Below, in pieces: positions 63,390-64,000 of a stretch of DNA of 64,000 nucleotides. The stretch comes from Malacoraja senta (Eukaryota). Under the pieces are notes generated by a model that saw nothing but the letters and a program-made list of their open reading frames with translations, had not been told where the DNA came from and did no database searches. The first letter of the stretch is position 1; the number at the start of each line of letters is the position of its first letter. Made by a program: the position numbers and the translations under genes. The stretch lies in the NCBI GenBank assembly GCA_038087875.1, contig CM075995.1:8372001-8436000 (forward strand), given 5' to 3'.

Positions 63390-64000
63390 ACTAGTCCCAC
63401 CTGCCTGCGTTTGGCCCATATCCCTCCAAACCTGTCCTATCCATGTATCTATCAAACTGTTTCTTAAACGATGGGATAGTCCCAGCCTCAACTACTTCCT
63501 CAGGCAGTTTGTTCCATACACCCACCACCCTTTGTGTGAAAACGTTACCTCTCAGATTCCTGTTAAGTCTTTTCCCCTTCACCTTAAACCCATGTCCTCT
63601 GGTCCTCGATTCACCTACTCTGGGCAAGAGACTTTGTGCATCTACCCGATCTATTCCTCTCATGATTTTATACACCTCTTTAAGATCACCCATCATCCTC
63701 CTGCGATCCAAGGAATAGAGACCCAGCCTGCTCAACCTCTCCCTATAGCTCACACCCTCTAGTCCTGGCAACATCCTCGTAAACCTTCTCTGAAACCTTT
63801 CAAGCTTGACAATATCTTTCCTATAACATGGTGCCCGGAACTGAACACAATATTCTAAATGCGGTCTCACCAACGTCTTATACAACTGCAACATGACCTC
63901 CCAACTTCTATACTCAATACTCTGACTGATGAAGGCCAATGTCCCAAAGCCTTTTTGACCACCTTATCTACCTGCGACTCGACCTTCAAGGAACCATGCA
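63390..64000 (-). mobile_element. CR1/HER1 LINE 3' part of the subfamily whose tail is shared with the HE1 SINE
   Basis: ORF 63391-63939 with RPHLEYCVQF; tail continues at about 62780 beyond the PLE insertion. Confidence 0.88.

Overview
Repeat-rich vertebrate DNA, very likely from a cartilaginous fish (skate or ray), judged from the abundant HE1-type V-SINEs and HER1/CR1-type LINEs. Two genes lie tail-to-tail. The 3' part of DNAJC13 (RME-8) is on + with six confident exons (5277-20681) and a probable last exon at 26349-26430. The 3' part of TOPBP1 is on - with 14 exons (61419 down to 28309) covering BRCT6, the ATR-activation domain and BRCT7/8. Several exons of both genes carry single-base indels in short base runs, most likely consensus errors. 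The introns contain CR1, Rex/Babar, L1 and Vingi-like LINE fragments, V-SINEs, a Tc1 (DD34E, IR/DR) transposon with a nested Vingi-like insertion, hAT and Harbinger-like MITEs, and many Penelope-like (PLE) termini with a minimal hammerhead motif. The most unusual signal is a 66-bp piece of the PLE terminus, starting at the hammerhead GAAAC, amplified into tandem arrays at six or more separate loci. There is a 200-N assembly gap at 25793-25992. Gene and repeat identities come from recalled protein and motif similarity, not from database searches.
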